Assembly: GCA_963838725.1 (NCBI GenBank)
Contig: CAWISM010000021.1
Span: 123,742 to 147,741 of the forward strand
Direction: 5' to 3'
DNA: 24,000 bases
Source of the DNA: an uncultured cyanobacterium
GTDB lineage: Bacteria > Cyanobacteriota > Cyanobacteriia > Phormidesmidales > Phormidesmidaceae
Position 1 is the stretch's first letter, and each line of letters starts with the position of its first letter. Of this stretch, positions 13,656 to 21,660 are shown in pieces. Made by a program: the position numbers and the translations under genes. The notes beneath the pieces are model-generated. The model was given only the letters and a program-made list of their open reading frames with translations. It had not been told where the DNA came from and did not search any database.

Positions 13656-16016
13656 ATGACCGATCGAACCAATGGAGGGAGCCCGGTTGTGCATCCGCAG
13701 CAGTACCACACGGTGCCGACGGCTGTGATCAATGGCGCACATCAGCGCGATCGCTATCTTAGCCATAGCGAAACGCAGACGCTCTCGACTTTTTTAAAAA
13801 CAGGTTTGCAGCGCCTAGAAATTGCTCAAACGCTAGCCCAGCACGCTAATGAGATTGTGGCGGCTGGCGGCAAACGTATCTTTGTCGGCGGCAATCCGAT
13901 GGCTTATTTCGAGCCGCCAGAGGAGCAGGTCGGCATGCCAGGATCTGGATACTTTGTGGCAGAAGACTATCTCTCCCCGAAATCTAGAACTCACCAGCAG
14001 GGCAATGGACATAGTGTCCAAAGTTCGATACCTTCTATCGCCAACCCAGTTGCCTGGTTCAAGGGATTGTTCTTTAGCGGCAAGCCCAGCGTGCCTAACA
14101 GCTTTCAGACGATCAACATTAGGGACTATGGCAAAGTGCGGATGAAGCGCTCCATGCGCGATCTAGGCTGGTTTTTGCGATATATCACCTATGCGATTGT
14201 GGCCGGTGATACGAGTATTATCGCCGTCAATACGCGAGGACTGCGAGGCGTCATTCCTGAAGATGTAACCGTAGCAACGACAGTGGCGCTGCGAGAAATG
14301 CAGTGGAAATCACTCTCTTATTTTCCAACAGAGTCAGCCGCTGCGGCGCTAGTTCGGCGATATTTTGATGTGTTGATTGCCGACTATCAGGTAGAAAAAC
14401 CCTCCGATCGATACCGCACGGGCGTCTCAAAACACGACCAGGGCCTCAGCCTGCCAGAAAGCTATGAAGATAGTGGCAGCGCCATCCCTAGATGGGTGGT
14501 GAAGCCTACTCTGCCCGATAGCGAAAAAGAGGCGGTGATTAGAGCCGCCTATCGACAAGTTTTTGAGCAAGATATTAGCGCTCTGAATGTAGCCGAACTG
14601 GTTCAGCCTATCTCTGAGCTAAAAGGCGAGCACGGGTCGATGGAACTGTTCATTCGGCAGCTGGGCAAATCGCGCCTCTATCGGCAGTTATTTTACGAGC
14701 CCTATACAATTAGCCGAGCAATTGAGCTGGCCTGTCGTCACTTCCTCGGACGAGGGCTGAGCTGTATGGAAGAGTTTCAGCGATACTTTGAGCTAGTTGC
14801 CGATCAAGGATTCTCGGCTTTGATAGATGCATTAGTTAGCTCACAAGAGTACGCTGACTATTTTGGTGTCGAAACGGTACCGTACATACGTAGTCTAGGC
14901 GTAGAAGCTCAAGCCTGCCGTAACTGGGGGCCACAGCTAGATCTATTTAGACACAGCGCGCCGGTTCGCAAAATGCCGCAGTTTGTCACCGCCTTTGCTA
15001 GCTACCGTCAACCTTTGCCGAATCAACACCCTTACGGCATAGGCAACGATCCGCTAGAAACGCAGTTTGGCGCTATCTTTCCGCATGAGACCACCAATCC
15101 TGCGGCTCAGCCCGTTCACTTTGGCGAAGACAGTCGCCGGATTTTGGTCGGTCACGCCCACAGAAAAAGTCACGCTGAAATCTCTCAGCAGATTTTCTCT
15201 TTGAAGACACCGCCGCACGGCACGCCCAAGCAAACAAACCAGCCGCCGAGTTCTGTTCCCAGCTTTGACAGCGCTCAGCATTCTGTTGAATCAGTTATTC
15301 TGGCCGCCTATCGACAGGTGTTTGGCTGTGAGGTACTAGACAGTCAACATCATAGAGTGGCGGAAACTCAGCTCAAAGGCGGGCTGATTACCGTGCGAGA
15401 GTTTGTTCGACAGTTAGCGAAGTCTCGGGCCTTCAGACGGGCTTATTGGGAAAATCTCTATATGACAAAGGCCGCTGAAATTATCCATCGGCGACTGCTA
15501 GGACGACCCACTTACGGACGCAGAGAAACCAGCAAATACTATGATATTTGTGGTCGAAAAGGGTTCTATGCGCTAGTTGATGCGCTAATTGATAGCGATG
15601 ACTATCGTACAGCGTTTGGAGAGAATACGGTTCCCTATGAGCGCTACGTGACGCCGCGTGGATTGGCATTGCGATCGCCCAAAGGCCCGGTTGCGATATC
15701 GAAACTCAGAGATAACCCGCATACGGTTGGCGCGTACATGATGCGCTATCAGCCGCCAGAAACGACTATGCAGCCGCGATCGCACCTAGCGAATGCACAA
15801 GCAAATGGGCACTCGACGCCGACTAGTCGCGATGCCAACAATTCTCTTGAAAATCGCCAAGCCTTACCAACAGAGTCCGCGATGGCTGAAAAATCTGTTG
15901 CTTCGCGAGACTCTACTGCTTTACCAAATTCTACTGTTTCTGAAAACCCTGCGGCTTTAGAAGGCGAAGATCTGGCGATGGCCGGGGCCCGACAAGACGC
16001 TAACTCCTCAGATTAG
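13656..16016 (+). CDS. apcE2: Phycobilisome core-membrane linker ApcE, far-red paralog (two REP/linker domains, Cys-free phycobiliprotein domain)
   Basis: From ATG 13656 (GGAGA upstream): MTDRTNGGSPVVHPQQYHTVPTAVI matches the ApcE N-terminus (..ASGGS...RPQLYQTVP). PB-domain motif MRDLGWFLRYITYAIVAGD. Two Pfam00427-like REP domains, each opening with AAYRQVF (about 14.5-14.9 kb and 15.3-15.65 kb). Confidence 0.9.
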   Translation: MTDRTNGGSPVVHPQQYHTVPTAVINGAHQRDRYLSHSETQTLSTFLKTGLQRLEIAQTLAQHANEIVAAGGKRIFVGGNPMAYFEPPEEQVGMPGSGYFVAEDYLSPKSRTHQQGNGHSVQSSIPSIANPVAWFKGLFFSGKPSVPNSFQTINIRDYGKVRMKRSMRDLGWFLRYITYAIVAGDTSIIAVNTRGLRGVIPEDVTVATTVALREMQWKSLSYFPTESAAAALVRRYFDVLIADYQVEKPSDRYRTGVSKHDQGLSLPESYEDSGSAIPRWVVKPTLPDSEKEAVIRAAYRQVFEQDISALNVAELVQPISELKGEHGSMELFIRQLGKSRLYRQLFYEPYTISRAIELACRHFLGRGLSCMEEFQRYFELVADQGFSALIDALVSSQEYADYFGVETVPYIRSLGVEAQACRNWGPQLDLFRHSAPVRKMPQFVTAFASYRQPLPNQHPYGIGNDPLETQFGAIFPHETTNPAAQPVHFGEDSRRILVGHAHRKSHAEISQQIFSLKTPPHGTPKQTNQPPSSVPSFDSAQHSVESVILAAYRQVFGCEVLDSQHHRVAETQLKGGLITVREFVRQLAKSRAFRRAYWENLYMTKAAEIIHRRLLGRPTYGRRETSKYYDICGRKGFYALVDALIDSDDYRTAFGENTVPYERYVTPRGLALRSPKGPVAISKLRDNPHTVGAYMMRYQPPETTMQPRSHLANAQANGHSTPTSRDANNSLENRQALPTESAMAEKSVASRDSTALPNSTVSENPAALEGEDLAMAGARQDANSSD

Positions 16017-16203
16017 TCCTATGATTCCAACCCAAAGCAACGCTCCGGCTAGCCGAGCCCAGAATCCGCCGCTCGCTGCTGCGGCTCCTCGTTTGAGCCT
16101 AAGAGAACAACTGCGTACCAACAATCCTTTCAACTACCGACTCTGCATTAGCTGGTTCGGTGGTGTACAAATTCATCCTAAGTTTTAGACCTTTGTTGAC
16201 CTC

Positions 16204-16749
16204 ATGAGCATTGTTAAACAGATTATCTCGAATGCCGATGAAGAGCTACGCTATCCCACCCCCGGAGAGCTAGAGATGATTCGCAGCTTCTGTAAAACCG
16301 GAGCCAGCCAGATCCAGCTAGCCAAAACGTTAGAATCTCACGCTTCTACGATTGTCGAACGGGGCACTCGGAAGTTCTGGCAAATCTGTCCTAGAACGCC
16401 TAGCAACAGCGGCAGTCCTCGTAAAACTGAGGCGGCGCAGCGAGATATGAGCTGGTACATCCGCCTGGTTAGCTACTGTTTGCTAGCCGGAAACGATCAG
16501 CCGCTTAGAGAAATTGGGCTGCTAGGGATGAAGGAGCTATACACCAATATCGGCATTCCTCTAGACAACATTTTGCAGTATTTGCGCTGTCTAAAAGCGG
16601 AGGCGATCGCGCTACTTTCTGAAGCTGAGGCCGAGGCAATCATCCCCTACTTCGATCAAATTATTCAGGAGCTGGTGCGGCCCGGTCCTGCTTACTTTGG
16701 CATCAAGGATCGCAGCGTCAGTCAAAGTGCTAGACAAGCGGCGGCATAG
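16204..16749 (+). CDS. apcD3: Allophycocyanin alpha-type subunit, far-red paralog lacking the canonical bilin-binding Cys and carrying a C-terminal extension (ApcD3 by position)
   Basis: MSIVKQIISNADEELRYPTPGELE, PRTPSNSG, AAQRDMSWYIRLVSYCLLAG (Ala78, GCG at 16435-16437, where the other two alphas have Cys), YFDQIIQEL, then an extra ~20 aa VRPGPAYFGIKDRSVSQSARQAAA. Confidence 0.85.
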   Translation: MSIVKQIISNADEELRYPTPGELEMIRSFCKTGASQIQLAKTLESHASTIVERGTRKFWQICPRTPSNSGSPRKTEAAQRDMSWYIRLVSYCLLAGNDQPLREIGLLGMKELYTNIGIPLDNILQYLRCLKAEAIALLSEAEAEAIIPYFDQIIQELVRPGPAYFGIKDRSVSQSARQAAA

Positions 16750-16809
16750 TACCTAGAAGTTTACAAAATCATCTCAAAAGACCCCACAGTACATGACGAG
16801 GATACAACA

Positions 16810-17868
16810 ATGACAATTACGATGGGCTCGCTTGGCTCAGTCAAAGATAGAGTCAAACAGCTCGATGACTGGCTCAAGCGCGATCGCTTTGTTTTTATTG
16901 GCTGGTCAGGGCTGCTACTCTTTCCCTGTTCCTTTTTAGCGATCGGCGCTTGGTTTACCGGAACAACCTTTGTCACCTCTTGGTACACTCACGGCCTAGT
17001 GTCTTCTTATTTAGAAGGCTGCAATTTTCTCACCGTCGCGGTGTCCACACCAGCCGAGAGTATGGGCCATTCGCTGTTGCTGCTTTGGGGACCAGAGGCA
17101 AACGGAGACTTTGTGCGCTGGTGCCAGATTGGCGGGCTCTGGACATTTACCGCCCTGCATGGCGTGTTTGGACTAATTGGATTTATGCTCAGGCAAATTG
17201 AGATTGCTAGGCTAGTCGGGATTCGGCCTTATAACGCGATCGCCTTTTCCGCTCCAATCGCCGTCTACTGCGCCACGTTTTTGATCTATCCGCTGGGTCA
17301 ATCTAGCTGGTTTTTCGGCCCCGGCTTCGGCGTCTCTGCGATCTTCCGCTTCTTACTGTTCTTCCAAGGATTTCACAACTACACGCTGAATCCTTTTCAC
17401 ATGATGGGCGTGACCGGCGTTCTAGGCGGGGCGCTGCTCTGCGCTATCCACGGCGCGACCGTGCAAAATACGCTATTTAGAGACAACCAAAGTAAAAACA
17501 CTTTCAAAGGCTTTAGCACTACCCAGGGCGAAGAAACCTACTCCATGGTGACGGCCAATCGGTTTTGGTCGCAGATTTTTGGAATTGCCTTTTCCAACAA
17601 ACGCTGGCTGCATTTTTTCATGCTGTTTGTTCCGGTTACTGGCCTGTGGATGAGCGCTATTGGCATGGCCGGGCTCGCCTTTAATCTCAGAGCCTATGAC
17701 TTTGTCAGTCAAGAGATCAGGGCCGCTGAAGATCCTGAATTTGAAACGTTTTACACGAAAAATATTCTGTTGAATGAAGGACTGCGCGCCTGGCTCTCAG
17801 AAATGGATCAGCCTGCGAAAAAGTTTGTTTTCCCCGACGAAGTTCTGCCCCGTGGCTTTTCTGAATAA
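16810..17868 (+). CDS. psbD3: Photosystem II D2 protein, far-red paralog
   Basis: Near full-length match to D2: [97 protein letters not shown]. Confidence 0.93.
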   Translation: MTITMGSLGSVKDRVKQLDDWLKRDRFVFIGWSGLLLFPCSFLAIGAWFTGTTFVTSWYTHGLVSSYLEGCNFLTVAVSTPAESMGHSLLLLWGPEANGDFVRWCQIGGLWTFTALHGVFGLIGFMLRQIEIARLVGIRPYNAIAFSAPIAVYCATFLIYPLGQSSWFFGPGFGVSAIFRFLLFFQGFHNYTLNPFHMMGVTGVLGGALLCAIHGATVQNTLFRDNQSKNTFKGFSTTQGEETYSMVTANRFWSQIFGIAFSNKRWLHFFMLFVPVTGLWMSAIGMAGLAFNLRAYDFVSQEIRAAEDPEFETFYTKNILLNEGLRAWLSEMDQPAKKFVFPDEVLPRGFSE

Positions 17869-17927
17869 ATCTCTGAATAAGAACAAACAATCCTTCGTCC
17901 ATAGTTTTCTCACCAGATCTTACTCAC

Positions 17928-19376
17928 ATGGAAACTCCACTCGAAACGATTCCAGATCTATCACTTTCTCTTCCGGCTGAAGCTAGCTCAATTTTGGCAC
18001 CTGCTGGCCCAGGCTATGACGAGGCCACTAGCGGCTATGCCTGGTGGGCCGGAAATGCTCGCCTGATTACCCCAGAGCTGACTGGGCGCTTTCTGGGTGC
18101 TCACGTCGCCCATGCTGGTCTAGTAGCGCTGTGGGCGGGCGGTATGCTGCTTTTTGAAGTCTCCCACTTTAACCTTTCCAAGCCGATGTACGAGCAGGGC
18201 TGTATCCTCATGCCCCACATTGCCACTTTGGGAATTGGGGTCGGGCAGTCGGGTGAAATTACCAGCATATTCCCCTTTTTCGCCATTGGCGTGGCCCACC
18301 TGATTGGCTCGGCAGTGCTGGGCATCGGTGGCATGTATCACGCGATCAAAGGCCCAGAAAAGCTCTACGGTTTCTTTCAGTTTGACTGGACCGATAAGGC
18401 CAAGGTCGCGCAGATTTTGGGCTTTCATATCGCGATTTTGGGCATCTTTGCCCTGCTCTTTGCGGCCAAAGCGATGTACTGGGGCGGTCTGTACGATCCT
18501 TGGGCACCTGGCGGCGGCGATGTTCGTCTGGTGACTAACCCGACGCTAGACCCGCGTATTATCTTTGGCTATTTGATCAAAAGACCCACGGGGGGAGAAG
18601 GCTGGATTGTTAGCGTCAACAACTTAGAAGACATTATCGGTGGCCATATCTGGATTGGCTGCATTTTAATTGCCGGGGGCATTTGGCATATTCTTGTTCC
18701 GCCTTTGCGCTGGACTTATAATCTCTTTCCTTGGACAGGAGAAACCTATCTCTCGCAGAGTTTGGGGAATGTCGCTGGTCAGGCGTTTATTGCAGCCGCC
18801 TTCATTTGGTTCAACAATACGGCTTATCCCAGTGTGTTCTATGGGCCGACGGTTCCAGAATCTTCGCAGGCGCAGTCTTTTGTGTTTTTGATGAGAGACC
18901 AGGGCATGGGCGCGGATGTCGCCTCGGCGCAAGGGCCAACGGGGCTGGGTAAATATTTGCAGCGATCGCCGACTGGAGAAATCATCTTTGGCGGTGAGAC
19001 CATGCGGTTTTGGGATGCGCGGGCTCCTTGGCTAGAGCCTTTACGCGGCAAGAATGGTTTGGATTTAGACAAGCTTCAGCACGACGTTCAGCCCTGGCAG
19101 CTGAGGCGGGCCGCAGAATATATGACCCACTCACCGATCGGCTCACTGAACTCTGTGGCGGGTCTGGCAACAGAATCCAATGCATTCAACTATGTTTCTC
19201 CTAGAACCTGGCTAGCCTCGGCGCACTTTATCTTTGGCTTCTTCTTTTTAGTTGGTCATCTCTGGCATGCTGGCCGAGCGAGAGCGGCAGCGGCTGGGTT
19301 TGAGACTGGACTAGATCGTGAAAATGAGCCAGTGCTGTCGATGGCACCGATTGATCCGAGCTTGCGTTCTGACTAG
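17928..19376 (+). CDS. psbC2: Photosystem II CP43 protein, far-red paralog
   Basis: [53 protein letters not shown] (Mn-cluster second-sphere E/R retained), [22 protein letters not shown]. An in-frame TGA at 17874-17876 excludes any start upstream of ATG 17928. Confidence 0.93.
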   Translation: METPLETIPDLSLSLPAEASSILAPAGPGYDEATSGYAWWAGNARLITPELTGRFLGAHVAHAGLVALWAGGMLLFEVSHFNLSKPMYEQGCILMPHIATLGIGVGQSGEITSIFPFFAIGVAHLIGSAVLGIGGMYHAIKGPEKLYGFFQFDWTDKAKVAQILGFHIAILGIFALLFAAKAMYWGGLYDPWAPGGGDVRLVTNPTLDPRIIFGYLIKRPTGGEGWIVSVNNLEDIIGGHIWIGCILIAGGIWHILVPPLRWTYNLFPWTGETYLSQSLGNVAGQAFIAAAFIWFNNTAYPSVFYGPTVPESSQAQSFVFLMRDQGMGADVASAQGPTGLGKYLQRSPTGEIIFGGETMRFWDARAPWLEPLRGKNGLDLDKLQHDVQPWQLRRAAEYMTHSPIGSLNSVAGLATESNAFNYVSPRTWLASAHFIFGFFFLVGHLWHAGRARAAAAGFETGLDRENEPVLSMAPIDPSLRSD

Positions 19377-19411
19377 ATAAGAATCGATTGTTTATTTCAG
19401 GAGAAAATCCG

Positions 19412-20941
19412 ATGGGACTCCCTTGGTATCGCGTTCACACCTCTGTGCTGAACGATCCGGGTCGATTAATTGCTGTGCATATCATGCACAATGCCCTCTG
19501 CGCTGGGTTTGCCGGTTCGATGCTGCTGTTCGAGCTGGCGCTGTTTGACCCGAGTGACCCAGTCTTAAATCCGATGTGGCGACAGGGCTGTTTTTTGATG
19601 CCGTTCGTCTCTAGACTCGGCGTGGTGAATTCTTGGCAAGGCTGGAGCGTCACGGGTGAGACATTTACGAATCCAGGCTTTTGGACATTTGAGACGGTGG
19701 CGATCGCGCACATCATCTTCTCCGGTCTCTCTTTCCTTGCCGCCTGCTGGCACTGGGTCTACTGGGACGTGGCCACCTTCTTCGATCCCAAAACAGACGA
19801 ACCCGTGATCGATTTGCCCAAAGTCTTCGGCATTCACCTAACCCTAGCCGGAATTCTCTGCTTTGGCTTTGGTGCTTTCCATCTCACCGGTTTATTCGGT
19901 CCTGGCATGTGGGTGTCCGATCCGCTAGGACTCACCGGACATATCCAGGGCGTTGCCCCTGAATGGGGCGCAGCCGGATTCGACCCCCACAATCCGGGGG
20001 GCGTGGTCGCTCATCACATCGCCCTCGGCATCGTTGCCATTATCGGCGGACTGTTTCACATCTCTGTTCGACCCCCTGAATATTTATACAAAGGGCTAAG
20101 AATGGGAAACATCGAAGGCGCACTCGCCAGCGGGCTAGCCGTCTTCTTTTCAGGAGCTTTCATCGCCGCTGGGACAATGTGGTATGGCACGGCTACCACC
20201 CCCATCGAACTCTGGGGGCCGACGCGGTATCAGTGGGATCAGGGCGTTTTTCAACAGGCGATTAGCCGCCAAGTAAAAGCCAGTATCAACAATGGTAAAA
20301 GCCTCTCTGAGGCGTGGTCAGAGATTCCGACCAAACTCGCTTTTTATGACTACATCGGCAACAGTCCGGCCAAAGGCGGACTCTTTCGAGTCGGACGCAT
20401 GGTAGACGGTGACGGCCTACCCACTGGGTGGCTAGGTCATCCGGTCTTTAAAGACGGCGAAGGCAGAGAGCTGACAGTTCGTAGAATGCCAAACTTCTTT
20501 GAAAACTTTCCAGTGGTCCTATTCGACCAAGACGGCATCGTTCGCGCCGATATTCCTTTCCGCCAGGCAGAATCGAAATACGGCGTTGAACAGACAGGCG
20601 TAACCGTCAGCTTTTACGGCGGCGAGCTAGATGGACAAACGTTTAGCGATCCTAAAGACGTTAAAAAATATGCCCGTCGCGCGCAGCTAGGAGAGCCGTT
20701 CGAATTTGATCGCAGCGTCTACGACTCGGACGGTTTATTTAGAACCAGCAATCGAGGTTTCTTTGCCTTCTTCCATGTGATCTTTGGCCTGCTGTGGTTC
20801 TTTGGCCATATCTGGCACGGGCTGAGAGCGCTCTTCCAAGACGTGTTCTCTGGCATTGATCCGAGCCTCAGCACTGAGCAAGTGGAGTGGGGCTACTTCA
20901 AGAAAGTCGGTGATCCAACCTCTCAACAAACACCCGCGTAA
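19412..20941 (+). CDS. psbB2: Photosystem II CP47 protein, far-red paralog
   Basis: From ATG 19412 (AGGAG at 19399-19403): [26 protein letters not shown] is the canonical CP47 N-terminus. [26 protein letters not shown] near the C-terminus. The track start at 19388 (TTG) is rejected. Confidence 0.93.
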   Translation: MGLPWYRVHTSVLNDPGRLIAVHIMHNALCAGFAGSMLLFELALFDPSDPVLNPMWRQGCFLMPFVSRLGVVNSWQGWSVTGETFTNPGFWTFETVAIAHIIFSGLSFLAACWHWVYWDVATFFDPKTDEPVIDLPKVFGIHLTLAGILCFGFGAFHLTGLFGPGMWVSDPLGLTGHIQGVAPEWGAAGFDPHNPGGVVAHHIALGIVAIIGGLFHISVRPPEYLYKGLRMGNIEGALASGLAVFFSGAFIAAGTMWYGTATTPIELWGPTRYQWDQGVFQQAISRQVKASINNGKSLSEAWSEIPTKLAFYDYIGNSPAKGGLFRVGRMVDGDGLPTGWLGHPVFKDGEGRELTVRRMPNFFENFPVVLFDQDGIVRADIPFRQAESKYGVEQTGVTVSFYGGELDGQTFSDPKDVKKYARRAQLGEPFEFDRSVYDSDGLFRTSNRGFFAFFHVIFGLLWFFGHIWHGLRALFQDVFSGIDPSLSTEQVEWGYFKKVGDPTSQQTPA

Positions 20942-20988
20942 AAGCCAAATAAAGCGACAAGATGCACTATCATCCTGTCGCTTTCTAA

Positions 20989-21219
20989 ATGCAACCAACT
21001 GTTTCAACAAGGCGATCAATGCAACAAAAATACGTTTCCAACAAAGCTGCGCCTTTGCAGTATCCCCTAAGAAAGCTCAACTCCGAAGCGGGCAAAGTCG
21101 TTCCTGGCTGGGGTACAGCGCCCCTAATGGGGATTATGCTAGTTGCGCTTCTACTCTTTATCCTGACGATTCTTCAGGTGTATAACGGTACCGTTGTTGT
21201 TGAAGGTGTCAATATGTAA
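20989..21219 (+). CDS. psbH2: Photosystem II PsbH paralog
   Basis: [40 protein letters not shown] follows PsbH ([20 protein letters not shown]...). Alternative start at ATG 21019 would give 66 aa. Confidence 0.85.
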   Translation: MQPTVSTRRSMQQKYVSNKAAPLQYPLRKLNSEAGKVVPGWGTAPLMGIMLVALLLFILTILQVYNGTVVVEGVNM

Positions 21220-21289
21220 AAAACCCGTAGAAGAAAAAACCACAAGACAAATAGAAAAGATAAGATCAGATAGTTTTGGCATGTAATTA

Positions 21290-21318
21290 GCCGTACGACA
21301 TAGAAACTGTCGTACGGC
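21290..21318 (+). terminator. Perfect 11-bp stem hairpin downstream of psbH2 (likely end of the apc-psb plus-strand transcript)
   Basis: gccgtacgaca-tagaaac-tgtcgtacggc, then ttccttg (weak U tract). 70 nt after the psbH2 stop. Confidence 0.5.
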
Positions 21319-21359
21319 TTCCTTGTAATACTGAATGATACTGAAGTCTTTAGCTCCAA

Positions 21360-21391
21360 CGCTGTTGTTCACGGCCGCTGTTGTTCACGGC
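21360..21391. repeat. Perfect 16-bp tandem direct repeat x2 (cgctgttgttcacggc) in the convergent psbH2/psbA spacer
   Basis: Copies at 21360-21375 and 21376-21391. Confidence 0.9.
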
Positions 21392-21570
21392 GCCTGTCAC
21401 TTTGCTGTCATACACCACACTAGCTGAAGACTCTATACAATAATAATGAGAAAGCGTAATAGCAAGCAAGTGTGATAGCGAACAAGTGTAACAGAGGGTA
21501 AGGTAACGCGTGGTCTCCGTAGGCGTGATCTGTGTATGCCAGATATCAGGACCGCACAGAGAATTCAGCA

Positions 21571-21599
21571 AGAAAAAGCGCTCTCTCGAAAGAAAGCGC
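21571..21599 (-). terminator. Rho-independent terminator of the psbA paralog
   Basis: Minus strand reads GCGCTTTCT-TTCG-AGAGAGCGC-TTTTTCT: 9-bp stem (one G-U), UUCG tetraloop, U tract. About 60 nt after the psbA paralog stop. Confidence 0.75.
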
Positions 21600-21660
21600 T
21601 ACCTAGATAACAACAAGAAAAGATTAATCGCTACGACATGCTAACGATTGAAGGCAAGCA

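Noticed and set aside
18101-19204. Cluster of 60-100-aa ORFs on both strands inside psbC2, plus similar ones inside psbB2, psbD3, apcE2 and psbA3 (for example 22099..22440)
   Set aside because: They overlap highly conserved photosystem or linker coding frames and have no recognisable homology. They are typical out-of-frame or antisense open frames in moderately GC-rich coding DNA.
21335-21427. 30-codon ORF (MILKSLAPTLLFTAAVVHGACHFAVIHHTS) in the psbH2/psbA3 spacer as a small PSII subunit
   Set aside because: It matches no small PSII subunit I know (PsbI/J/K/L/M/N/T/X/Y/Z). It lies downstream of a terminator-like hairpin, and a third of it is encoded by a tandem DNA duplication.
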